The notes beneath the pieces were generated by a model, which ran no database searches, was not told the DNA's origin, and saw only the letters and a list, made by a program, of their open reading frames with translations. A program made the position numbers and the translations under genes. This document shows, piece by piece, positions 39,089 through 46,155 of a DNA stretch of 64,000 nt. Origin of the DNA: Geopsychrobacteraceae bacterium (GTDB lineage Bacteria > Desulfobacterota > Desulfuromonadia > Desulfuromonadales > Geopsychrobacteraceae); contig OY759353.1 of the NCBI GenBank assembly GCA_963662315.1, forward strand, positions 1,312,001 through 1,376,000, given 5' to 3'. How positions within the stretch are numbered: position 1 is the stretch's first letter; each line of letters opens with the position of its first letter.

Positions 39089-39127
39089 AATTATGCATAA
39101 TTATAGGTCAACCCAATCCATTGTCAA
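39089..39127 (-). promoter_or_regulatory. Consensus sigma70 promoter with an overlapping palindromic operator
   Basis: TTGACA (39127-39122), N16 spacer, TATAAT (39105-39100); perfect 14-bp palindrome AATTATGCATAATT at 39089-39102. Confidence 0.7.
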
Positions 39128-39190
39128 GATTATTAAGACAATACCAATAAATCAGAACTAAAAAAAGACAATTATGTTAGTTCTTTCGAA

Positions 39191-39967
39191 TTAAACGAAC
39201 AAATGCAGGTACCAATAAATGATTTGCTGCCCCCAAAACAGATAGATCAACGCGCCCCCCGCTAAAAACGGCCCGAAGGGGATCGCCAGACGGCTATCTT
39301 TTTTGTGAATTATCATAACCGGAATACCGACGAGGGTTCCCGCCAATGACGCAATAAACACAACTGGCAAGATCGCTTTCCACCCAAGAAAAGCTCCCAG
39401 CATAGCGAGCAGTTTGATATCTCCGCCCCCCATCCCTTCCCGCTTAGCAAGCAGTTCATAAAGCCAGGCAACCGCAAAAAGAAGCCCACCGCCGAGTAAA
39501 ACTCCCAAGAGAGAATCAACCCAGGAGAGCCAGGGAATGAAAAATGAGCAGGCAAATCCGACGAGTATACCCGGTAGACTAATGACATCGGGAATGATCT
39601 GGTGATCGAGATCAATAAATGTAATGACGATTAAAACGGCAGCAAACAACCAGTAAACCGGGGTCGCTGGTGAATAGCCAAAGCAGTAATAAAGCAGAGC
39701 AAACATTAAGCCAGTCAGTGTCTCTATGGCGGGATAACGTAATGATATTTTCAATTTACACGAAGAACATTTTCCTCCCAAAAACACATAGCTTAAAATT
39801 GGGATATTTTCGTACCAGCGAATTTTGTGGTTGCAGGCTGGACATGATGACGGTGGGGATACGATTGATTTGCCTGCAGGGATGCGGTAAATGCAAACAT
39901 TGAGGAAGGAACCAATAATGGCGCCAAGAATAAAAGCAAACAACATAAAGAGAACAATAGGATTCAT
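39191..39967 (-). CDS. pilD: Prepilin peptidase/N-methyltransferase
   Basis: GSFLNVCIYRIP, CPAC/CSSC Zn motifs, FIDLD, MGGGDIKL, IPFGPFL. Confidence 0.96.
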   Translation of the reverse strand: MNPIVLFMLFAFILGAIIGSFLNVCIYRIPAGKSIVSPPSSCPACNHKIRWYENIPILSYVFLGGKCSSCKLKISLRYPAIETLTGLMFALLYYCFGYSPATPVYWLFAAVLIVITFIDLDHQIIPDVISLPGILVGFACSFFIPWLSWVDSLLGVLLGGGLLFAVAWLYELLAKREGMGGGDIKLLAMLGAFLGWKAILPVVFIASLAGTLVGIPVMIIHKKDSRLAIPFGPFLAGGALIYLFWGQQIIYWYLHLFV

Positions 39968-40818
39968 TTTTTAATTTTTGCTGCGCCAAGGTCAGAGGTT
40001 GTCTTAATCTGATGAGAGTCATCAATATAAAAATCGCCGCCAAATGGATCAACAGGTAAATGTGAAAGATATCCTTTTTTAACCAGTAAATCCAAAGTCA
40101 TGGGATAATAACCATTCTGCTGATAAAATCGATCACGTAATTGTTCGATATAATAAAGCTTTTGCAATAATTCCAAACGCATTTCGTAAGATTTATTCAA
40201 GGCAGAATTTTTGTTTTCTGAGATTAACGACTTAAGAAAGACAATGGCATTTTCAGTTCGATTACCCTGGTAGAGTAGCCTTGAAGCAAAAGATGCGAGC
40301 AAAGTATTACGCGTATCCCTACGGTATGATTCCTGCAACGATTTTGCTGCATTTAAATTATCACTTTTCTGAAAATAGTAGAGCCACCCTTCCAAAAAAG
40401 GAAAATACCATTCATCCGGGAGCGAAGAAGTTGCTTTCTGCAACAGCAATAAATTACGGTCAACAAATGATGGCTTTATCGACAAGATTGTAGATCCAAA
40501 ATAGTAATTGTCATAAAATTGGTCATCTAAGTCTGAAATTATAAAAACCCTATCAGAAAACCAAGCCCACTCAGAGTCTGAAAGTTCGATCGTCCGACTT
40601 TCCCCTTCCAGAGATTTTCCAACAAATGCTCTCAAATTCAGAAACATAATATCAGAGTAAAGAGAAGAAAATTCAAGAGACCCAATTTTTAAAATACTGG
40701 CTGGCATATTATAAAGAATCGCACCTTCACTTTCCTTAAGATGCGAGTCAACAACACTTAAGGAAAACATTTGAAAAGCAAATGCGATTAATGCGATGAC
40801 AATCCCTCCCCGAAACAT
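39964..40818 (-). CDS. Membrane-anchored TPR-like protein of the pilin-associated ABC module (PilG/XapA-like)
   Basis: N-terminal TM helix; LDDQF..Y, P.EWYFPFL.G, YP.TL..LV..GYL..LPVDPFGG motifs; TGATG coupling to the permease. Confidence 0.6.
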   Translation of the reverse strand: MFRGGIVIALIAFAFQMFSLSVVDSHLKESEGAILYNMPASILKIGSLEFSSLYSDIMFLNLRAFVGKSLEGESRTIELSDSEWAWFSDRVFIISDLDDQFYDNYYFGSTILSIKPSFVDRNLLLLQKATSSLPDEWYFPFLEGWLYYFQKSDNLNAAKSLQESYRRDTRNTLLASFASRLLYQGNRTENAIVFLKSLISENKNSALNKSYEMRLELLQKLYYIEQLRDRFYQQNGYYPMTLDLLVKKGYLSHLPVDPFGGDFYIDDSHQIKTTSDLGAAKIKK

Positions 40819-41630
40819 CAAAAAAACTGCCTCCGAGAAAAAGCATAAGAAGAAATGGTAATTAAAAATACAGAGTATGAGACGAAATACAGCGTCAAAC
40901 AAATATAGTCAGAAATTCCGAGAAACAAACCATATGCTGCGTAATGCTTTAAATCAAAAATCGAAAAATTAGGAAAAAGGTAAAACAGGACGTCAAACGA
41001 ATAGTTCAAAACGGACGAAGACGCTCCTCCAATAGCATCAGGAGCAGCAATCAAGTCCCTCACATTCCTAAGAGAGATACCAATAACATAAGTTAAAAAA
41101 GACATCGCCAAAGACAGAAACGAAGAAGTTGTGAATGTAGCGTATAAAATAACGACTGAGGTTATCAACAGTGACTTTAAATAGATAAAGACGATCGCTA
41201 GCAGGTATGAAGCAAGGGAAAAATTTAAAAAATAGTTTGGCAGCAGGAATTTTGTTACCAATACTGAGCCTCCGCCTAAAAGAGACAAAAGAAAGGTGCA
41301 AAACAACAGAAGAAGGCCGAGTCCAAAATATTTTCCTAGCACATACTGATAAGAGCTGATCGGTTTTGATAAGACGACATAAATAGTCCGCTTATCGATA
41401 TCTTTTGCGACCAGACCTACGCCAACAAAAATGGCAACAAACACAGAAACCACAGAAATGACAGCCAAAGACAGATCCACTGCAGCTTTATTGATGTCGT
41501 GCATCATCATTCCTGACATGACTATCGTCGCCAGAAAAAGCAACAAAGCAACCAGAAAAACAGCATACAGCACCCGACTCCGCATCCCCTCCTTAAAGGT
41601 CACCTGCATAATGGCAGCAATTGCATTCAT
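40818..41630 (-). CDS. ABC-2 type permease (PilI/XapB-like)
   Basis: Multiple TM helices; TFKEGMR, DIDKRTIY.VLSKPI, GKYFG. Confidence 0.85.
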   Translation of the reverse strand: MNAIAAIMQVTFKEGMRSRVLYAVFLVALLLFLATIVMSGMMMHDINKAAVDLSLAVISVVSVFVAIFVGVGLVAKDIDKRTIYVVLSKPISSYQYVLGKYFGLGLLLLFCTFLLSLLGGGSVLVTKFLLPNYFLNFSLASYLLAIVFIYLKSLLITSVVILYATFTTSSFLSLAMSFLTYVIGISLRNVRDLIAAPDAIGGASSSVLNYSFDVLFYLFPNFSIFDLKHYAAYGLFLGISDYICLTLYFVSYSVFLITISSYAFSRRQFF

Positions 41631-42385
41631 GGCTTCACCTTATCGGTACCAATCACATCCAGAAACGCATCCTCTAGAGACATCCCTTCTCTGACAATTT
41701 CCGACAATTTCCCAAACACCTTAAGCTCTCCGGCGGAAATAATTCCGACCCGATCGCAAAGACGTTCAACATCATTTAGAATATGGGACGAAAAAAAGAT
41801 CGTTTTCCCTTGCCGCCTTAATTCAAGAATCAAATCAACTACCATTTTCCGTCCGACAGGATCCAACCCACTCATAGGTTCATCGAGAATGACTATTTGA
41901 GGATCATGAATAAGAGCAAGAGCAAGACCGGCCCGTTGCACCATCCCTTTTGAATAGGTGCGTAAGCGCCTTTTTCTTGCCTCCTGCAGACCAACCTTTT
42001 TCAGTAGCAATTCACTTCGCGTTTGGATATCAGACTTCTTCATTCCCGATGTTTTTCCGCCAAACCAAAGAATCTCTTCCGCAGTAAGATAGTCATAAAA
42101 ATAGGGATTTTCCGGGAGATAGCCAATCGGAATTTTCGACTTTGTTAGACGGGAATCGACTCCCATTATCTCGATAACCCCGGAATCTGGATGAATCAGA
42201 TTTAAAATAGATTTGATTGTGGTTGACTTCCCTGCCCCATTAGGACCAAGAAAACCAAAAATTTCTCCGCGCTTGATCGCCAAGGAGACGTCGTTAAGGG
42301 CCGCAACGGGTCGACCCCTCATTCCTTCATGGTAGAATTTTGATAATTTCTCAATACGAATAACGATATCTGGCATGGCAATCAC
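41627..42385 (-). CDS. ABC transporter ATP-binding protein (PilH/XapD-like)
   Basis: GPNGAGKST, GYLPENPYFY, YSKGM signature, LDEPMSGLDP, SSH. Confidence 0.93.
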   Translation of the reverse strand: MIAMPDIVIRIEKLSKFYHEGMRGRPVAALNDVSLAIKRGEIFGFLGPNGAGKSTTIKSILNLIHPDSGVIEIMGVDSRLTKSKIPIGYLPENPYFYDYLTAEEILWFGGKTSGMKKSDIQTRSELLLKKVGLQEARKRRLRTYSKGMVQRAGLALALIHDPQIVILDEPMSGLDPVGRKMVVDLILELRRQGKTIFFSSHILNDVERLCDRVGIISAGELKVFGKLSEIVREGMSLEDAFLDVIGTDKVKP

Positions 42386-42407
42386 TTAAGCAAGGAAGAA
42401 AGTATTA

Positions 42408-42944
42408 TCACTGAACGATCCACCCGCCGCCTAGGGCAATATCATCAGCTCTATTAACAGCAGGTACTACAACCCCAGTACCCCCAAGAGTTACACTGAC
42501 AGTATTGGCTCGAAACCTGACATCATTGACATCACTGTCTATAGCAAAAACCTTTTCACCAAGAACGTGTTTAGTCATTGCAATATAAGACAGGCCCAGG
42601 TTATCAGTACTGGAAACAAATCCAACACCATTACTGGCACCATACTGCAGAAAGGTTGTCAAATTTGCAAGGCCATCGTTATTCGTACCTGGAGCCTGGT
42701 TGACAACACCATTCCCTAATACAGCAACAGTGGTTCCGGTGTTGACCGTCTGACCATAGGATCGCGTATCAACACTTATACTCAGCTGAATTTTTCTGAC
42801 ATTAACAAGATCAGATATGGCAACTGAATCAAAGGTTCTGACCCGGAAAGTTGAATACAAAGGGACTGCTATGGCAGCAAGCACACCAACAATAGCAACG
42901 ACGATCAATAATTCAACAAGAGTAAAACCGCCTTCAGATTTCAT
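42408..42944 (-). CDS. Second type IVa pilin (paralog of pilA)
   Basis: MKSEGG^FTLVELLIVVAIVG prepilin motif (start re-placed at ATG 42944); C-domain similar to PilA. Confidence 0.9.
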   Translation of the reverse strand: MKSEGGFTLVELLIVVAIVGVLAAIAVPLYSTFRVRTFDSVAISDLVNVRKIQLSISVDTRSYGQTVNTGTTVAVLGNGVVNQAPGTNNDGLANLTTFLQYGASNGVGFVSSTDNLGLSYIAMTKHVLGEKVFAIDSDVNDVRFRANTVSVTLGGTGVVVPAVNRADDIALGGGWIVQ

Positions 42945-42966
42945 GATTGTCCCGAAATGATTTGAT

Positions 42967-43001
42967 AAAAAAAGCGGATATTGACATAGACAATATCCGC
43001 T
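42967..43001 (-). terminator. Intrinsic terminator between pilA and the second pilin
   Basis: GCGGATATTG / CAATATCCGC stem with a 7-A run (U-tract on the minus strand). Confidence 0.85.
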
Positions 43002-43040
43002 ATCAAACACATTAAGTGTTACGACACCACTTATGACAAA

Positions 43041-43640
43041 TTACAGCGGTGTATACGCGTTTCCACTAGGGCCATTAATAAGCGCACCAGCATTAACAAA
43101 ATCATCAACAGAGGGATTAGCGCCTGGCTCATCGCCAGCGGCAAGTGCAGTGCCAACGTTAGCGGCAAGACGATCGACATAAAAGTTTGTTGTATCGCTG
43201 TCAGTTCCAATATAGCTGTCACCAGCTGTATGTTTCGAAAGAGCGGTAAACGAAGCACCAGTAGCATCGGTTGTAGCTACCATTAACACACCATTACTGA
43301 TCGGAATTTGCAGGTCTTGAGCATTACCATTTATATCAGTACCGGTAATAAGATCAGTTGTAGCATTTCCACCAGTCAGAAGAGCACCAGCACCAAAGCC
43401 ACCAGCACCAGCGCCCACTGCATTTTCTTCGGACAGACCGAACACACGCCAGTCTCCAAAGAAGGCTGCCTGAGAAACAGCCATATTGCGGATATCTGAT
43501 TGAGAGGCTGAGTTAAAACTCCTGACACGATAAGCAGCAAACTGAGGAATAGCAATAGCAGCCAAAATACCGATGATCGCAACAACGATCAACAGTTCGA
43601 TCAGGGTGAAACCTTTTTCATTCTTTTGATACTTCAACAT
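43041..43640 (-). CDS. pilA: Major type IVa pilin PilA (long form, 189 aa mature)
   Basis: KG^FTLIELLIVVAIIGILAAIAIPQFAAYR, near-identical to the Geobacter PilA N-helix. Has its own sigma54 promoter, a strong RBS and a terminator; lies downstream of pilR. Confidence 0.93.
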   Translation of the reverse strand: MLKYQKNEKGFTLIELLIVVAIIGILAAIAIPQFAAYRVRSFNSASQSDIRNMAVSQAAFFGDWRVFGLSEENAVGAGAGGFGAGALLTGGNATTDLITGTDINGNAQDLQIPISNGVLMVATTDATGASFTALSKHTAGDSYIGTDSDTTNFYVDRLAANVGTALAAGDEPGANPSVDDFVNAGALINGPSGNAYTPL

Positions 43641-43723
43641 TTTTGTCTCCTTTTGTTGAAAATAGTGATTGAGCTTTTTCGCTCTGTGGTTTGATTACTT
43701 CAATCTTACTCAACACTTTACAA

Positions 43724-43740
43724 AGCAGAAGTTATGCCAA
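43724..43740 (-). promoter_or_regulatory. sigma54 promoter of pilA
   Basis: TTGGCATAACTTCTGCT, i.e. GG-N10-GC. Confidence 0.8.
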
Positions 43741-43800
43741 AATATCAATTGCCGAAGAATTGAGTTATACAAAAATTGCCCTTAAACATTAATTCACTCT

Positions 43801-43813
43801 TAACTTATTGAAT
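43801..43813 (-). promoter_or_regulatory. Putative IHF site
   Basis: ATTCAATAAGTTA, one mismatch to WATCAANNNNTTR, between the enhancer and the sigma54 promoter. Confidence 0.45.
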
Positions 43814-43933
43814 TATCACGGGTGTTTGTTGAGGACATCTCATATTAAGATAAAGATCCAAGGACTATAATGAAACCGGTGCTCTTACCCCTCGAGTTGT
43901 TTCTCTCTTTCAAAATATTTCTTCATGATAAAA

Positions 43934-43971
43934 TGCCAATTATCGTCAACAGCTCCTGACAATTTTTGTCA
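43934..43971. promoter_or_regulatory. Putative tandem PilR enhancer sites
   Basis: Palindrome TGACAATTTTTGTCA (43957-43971) and a degenerate copy TGCCAATTATCGTCA (43934-43948). Confidence 0.6.
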
Positions 43972-44008
43972 CCCATAGAAATCAGAAAGGCTTAGCAGTG
44001 CTTTTTTT

Positions 44009-44034
44009 ACCGCAATGACGCAAAGGACGCGAAG
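44009..44034 (+). repeat. Left inverted-repeat arm of the TA cassette
   Basis: ACCGCAATGACGCAAAGGACGCGAAG; 22/26 identical to the reverse complement of 44732-44757. Confidence 0.8.
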
Positions 44035-44065
44035 GAGGTCAGATAATTCGATTTTTAAAATTATC

Positions 44066-44388
44066 TCAGGGTTGACTATGCCTGTGGCGGGAATAGATGA
44101 CAATTCCGACTCGTTCGATATGCTCGATAAGGTCTTGATTTCCTAACCCTGAAAAATTGACTACATCAAAAAGTACGGAAGCAGGGTTTCTTCATTCAGC
44201 TGTGCAGACAATTTGGCAGCGATTCGTTCAGTGGCAGCATGTCCTTTTACTGCCAGATCAATATCAGAGCCAGGCTTGGATGTCCCCTTAGCCCGTGAAC
44301 CAAACAGCTCAACTTGCTCAACCTCTGGATGTGTTGAGAAAAGTTGCTCCATTTCTTTCAGAGTATGATCACTGAGTCCATATCTCAA
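44066..44388 (-). pseudogene. Minimal nucleotidyltransferase (MNT) antitoxin, frameshifted
   Basis: FGSRAKGTSKPGSDIDL (GSX10DXD). One T is missing in the run after LPYF; the shifted frame continues DVVNFSGLGNQDLIEHIERVGIVIY to TGA at 44066. Confidence 0.85.
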
Positions 44389-44732
44389 CTTGAAGCCTTT
44401 ACTGACATGGTCAAATAAATATGTTTTAAGACGGGATAATACTCTTCACGGATTTTCTTTTCTACAGCATTGGCAATTGCTTCATCGTGAGTATGCACAG
44501 TCAGATTTCGATCCGTCAAGGCTTTGAGCCACAAATCACCTGCGGTTAACAAACCAACCTGAAAAGCCTGCTTAATGCCACTACGAGGACTGTTTATAGA
44601 AAAACCTTCCAGATCAAAGTAATCTTTCAGAACTTTCCAAGCGAGTTCGAAAGACATCTCAATAAGCCCAGCCCGCTCGACCTCGGATAGATTCTTGATT
44701 GCCAGAGATTGCTCAGAAAGCGAAAAGTTTTC
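44385..44732 (-). pseudogene. HEPN toxin (HI0074/NTase substrate-binding family), 5'-disrupted
   Basis: ENF...SEVERAGLI-EMSFELAWKVLKDY, SPR, W..AL.DRNLTVH (RX4H); in-frame TAA at 44733-44735. Confidence 0.8.
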
Positions 44733-44757
44733 TTAGCGTCCTTTGCGTCTCAGCGGT
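44732..44757 (-). repeat. Right inverted-repeat arm of the TA cassette
   Basis: CTTAGCGTCCTTTGCGTCTCAGCGGT; shares a perfect 14-bp core (GACGCAAAGGACGC) with the left arm. Confidence 0.8.
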
Positions 44758-44781
44758 GAAATTATCTTTGAAAATTGTATA

Positions 44782-46155
44782 TCACTCATCCCCAATACCC
44801 AGTTTTTCCAGCCGGTAACGTATCGACCTAAAACTGATACCAAGCAACTCCGCAGCTTTGGTCCTGACACCACCCGATTTTTCAAGGGCCTTGACCAGAA
44901 CATTCCGTTCGATCTCTTCCAGCCAGGGCTCCAACTGAAAATCTTCCGGGATTTCATCGAGAAGGCACTTGGTGCCTTTTTTTGTCACCTGCATCTGGGG
45001 TGGTAAACTTTCTAATTTAAGTTCGTCAACACCACCAAGAACCAGACAGCGTTCGACCATGTTTTCCAATTCCCGAACATTACCAGGCCACTCATAATCA
45101 AGGAGGATTTCGAGGGCTTCGGGCTGAATGGGATAAGTGTCCTTACCGGTCTGCTGGGCATAAAAGCGGTTGATCAGCAGCGGAATATCCGATTTTCGGT
45201 CGCGTAACGGTGGCAATTCTACGGACACTACATTGAGGCGATAAAAAAGATCCTCACGGAATTGCCCGTCCTGAACCATTTGCACCAGATCCTGATTGGT
45301 CGCAGCAACCAGCCGAATATCGAGCGGGAGATTTTTAGTCCCCCCTACCCTGCGGAATTCACGTTCCTGCAAAACCCTGAGCAGCTTGACCTGCATCCCC
45401 ATGGGGAGTTCGCCGATTTCATCGAGAAACAAAGTCCCCTTGTCAGCCGTTTCAAACAAACCTTCTTTTTTACGGTCCGCTCCGGTAAAAGCCCCTTTTT
45501 CATGCCCGAAAAGTTCACTTTCAAGCAAATTTTCGGGAATAGCTCCACAATTGATCGGTACAAAAGCATGATCTTTACGATGACTGTTGAGGTGTAACGC
45601 TTTAGCTACCAATTCCTTACCAGTACCGCTTTCACCGGTAATCAAAACGTTGGCTTCACTGGGGGCGATGCGTTCCAGCAGAGAGGTCAGCTTCCGCATT
45701 TCTCGACTTTCCCCGATCAAGCGCTTAAAGGAGAACCGTTGCCCGAGCTGTTCTTTTAGACGTCGATTTTCCTGCTGCAGCTTTTTCCGTTCAAGAGCAT
45801 TTTTTACAACCAACCTGATTTCATCGTTTTTAAACGGCTTGGTAATATAGTCGTAAGCACCGAGCTTCATCGCTTCAACAGCCTCTTCTGTAGAAGAAAA
45901 GGCCGTCATCATTAATACTGTGACATCATTATCCTGTTCACGCAGTGACCGCAACAGTTCGAGTCCACCCAATTCAGGCATTTTCATATCGCTGATAATC
46001 AGATCAAATTCAGTGTCACCTACGCGAGCTAATGCTTTCTTCCCATTTTCCACCTGCGCGACATGATACCCCTCTCGCTCTAGTAATATGGCCAGCATTT
46101 CGCGCAGGCTTTTTTCATCATCAACAACTAAAATTTCATGCGGTTTTGTTTTCAC
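44782..46155 (-). CDS. pilR: sigma54-dependent response regulator PilR
   Basis: REC domain, GESGTGKE, GAFTGA, ISFRSIRYRL HTH; follows pilS. GTG start after GGAGGG. Confidence 0.93.
   Translation of the reverse strand: MKTKPHEILVVDDEKSLREMLAILLEREGYHVAQVENGKKALARVGDTEFDLIISDMKMPELGGLELLRSLREQDNDVTVLMMTAFSSTEEAVEAMKLGAYDYITKPFKNDEIRLVVKNALERKKLQQENRRLKEQLGQRFSFKRLIGESREMRKLTSLLERIAPSEANVLITGESGTGKELVAKALHLNSHRKDHAFVPINCGAIPENLLESELFGHEKGAFTGADRKKEGLFETADKGTLFLDEIGELPMGMQVKLLRVLQEREFRRVGGTKNLPLDIRLVAATNQDLVQMVQDGQFREDLFYRLNVVSVELPPLRDRKSDIPLLINRFYAQQTGKDTYPIQPEALEILLDYEWPGNVRELENMVERCLVLGGVDELKLESLPPQMQVTKKGTKCLLDEIPEDFQLEPWLEEIERNVLVKALEKSGGVRTKAAELLGISFRSIRYRLEKLGIGDE

Noticed and set aside
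42945..43010. N-terminal extension of the second pilin in the ORF track (also the extensions on ruvA, pilW, midA and the 40902 ORF)
   Set aside because: The extensions run through terminators or upstream genes; downstream starts fit family N-termini and RBS/coupling better.
44733..44957. 74-aa ORF as an independent gene
   Set aside because: Mostly an alternative frame of the pilR 3' end; only its last 18 codons matter, as a possible toxin leader.
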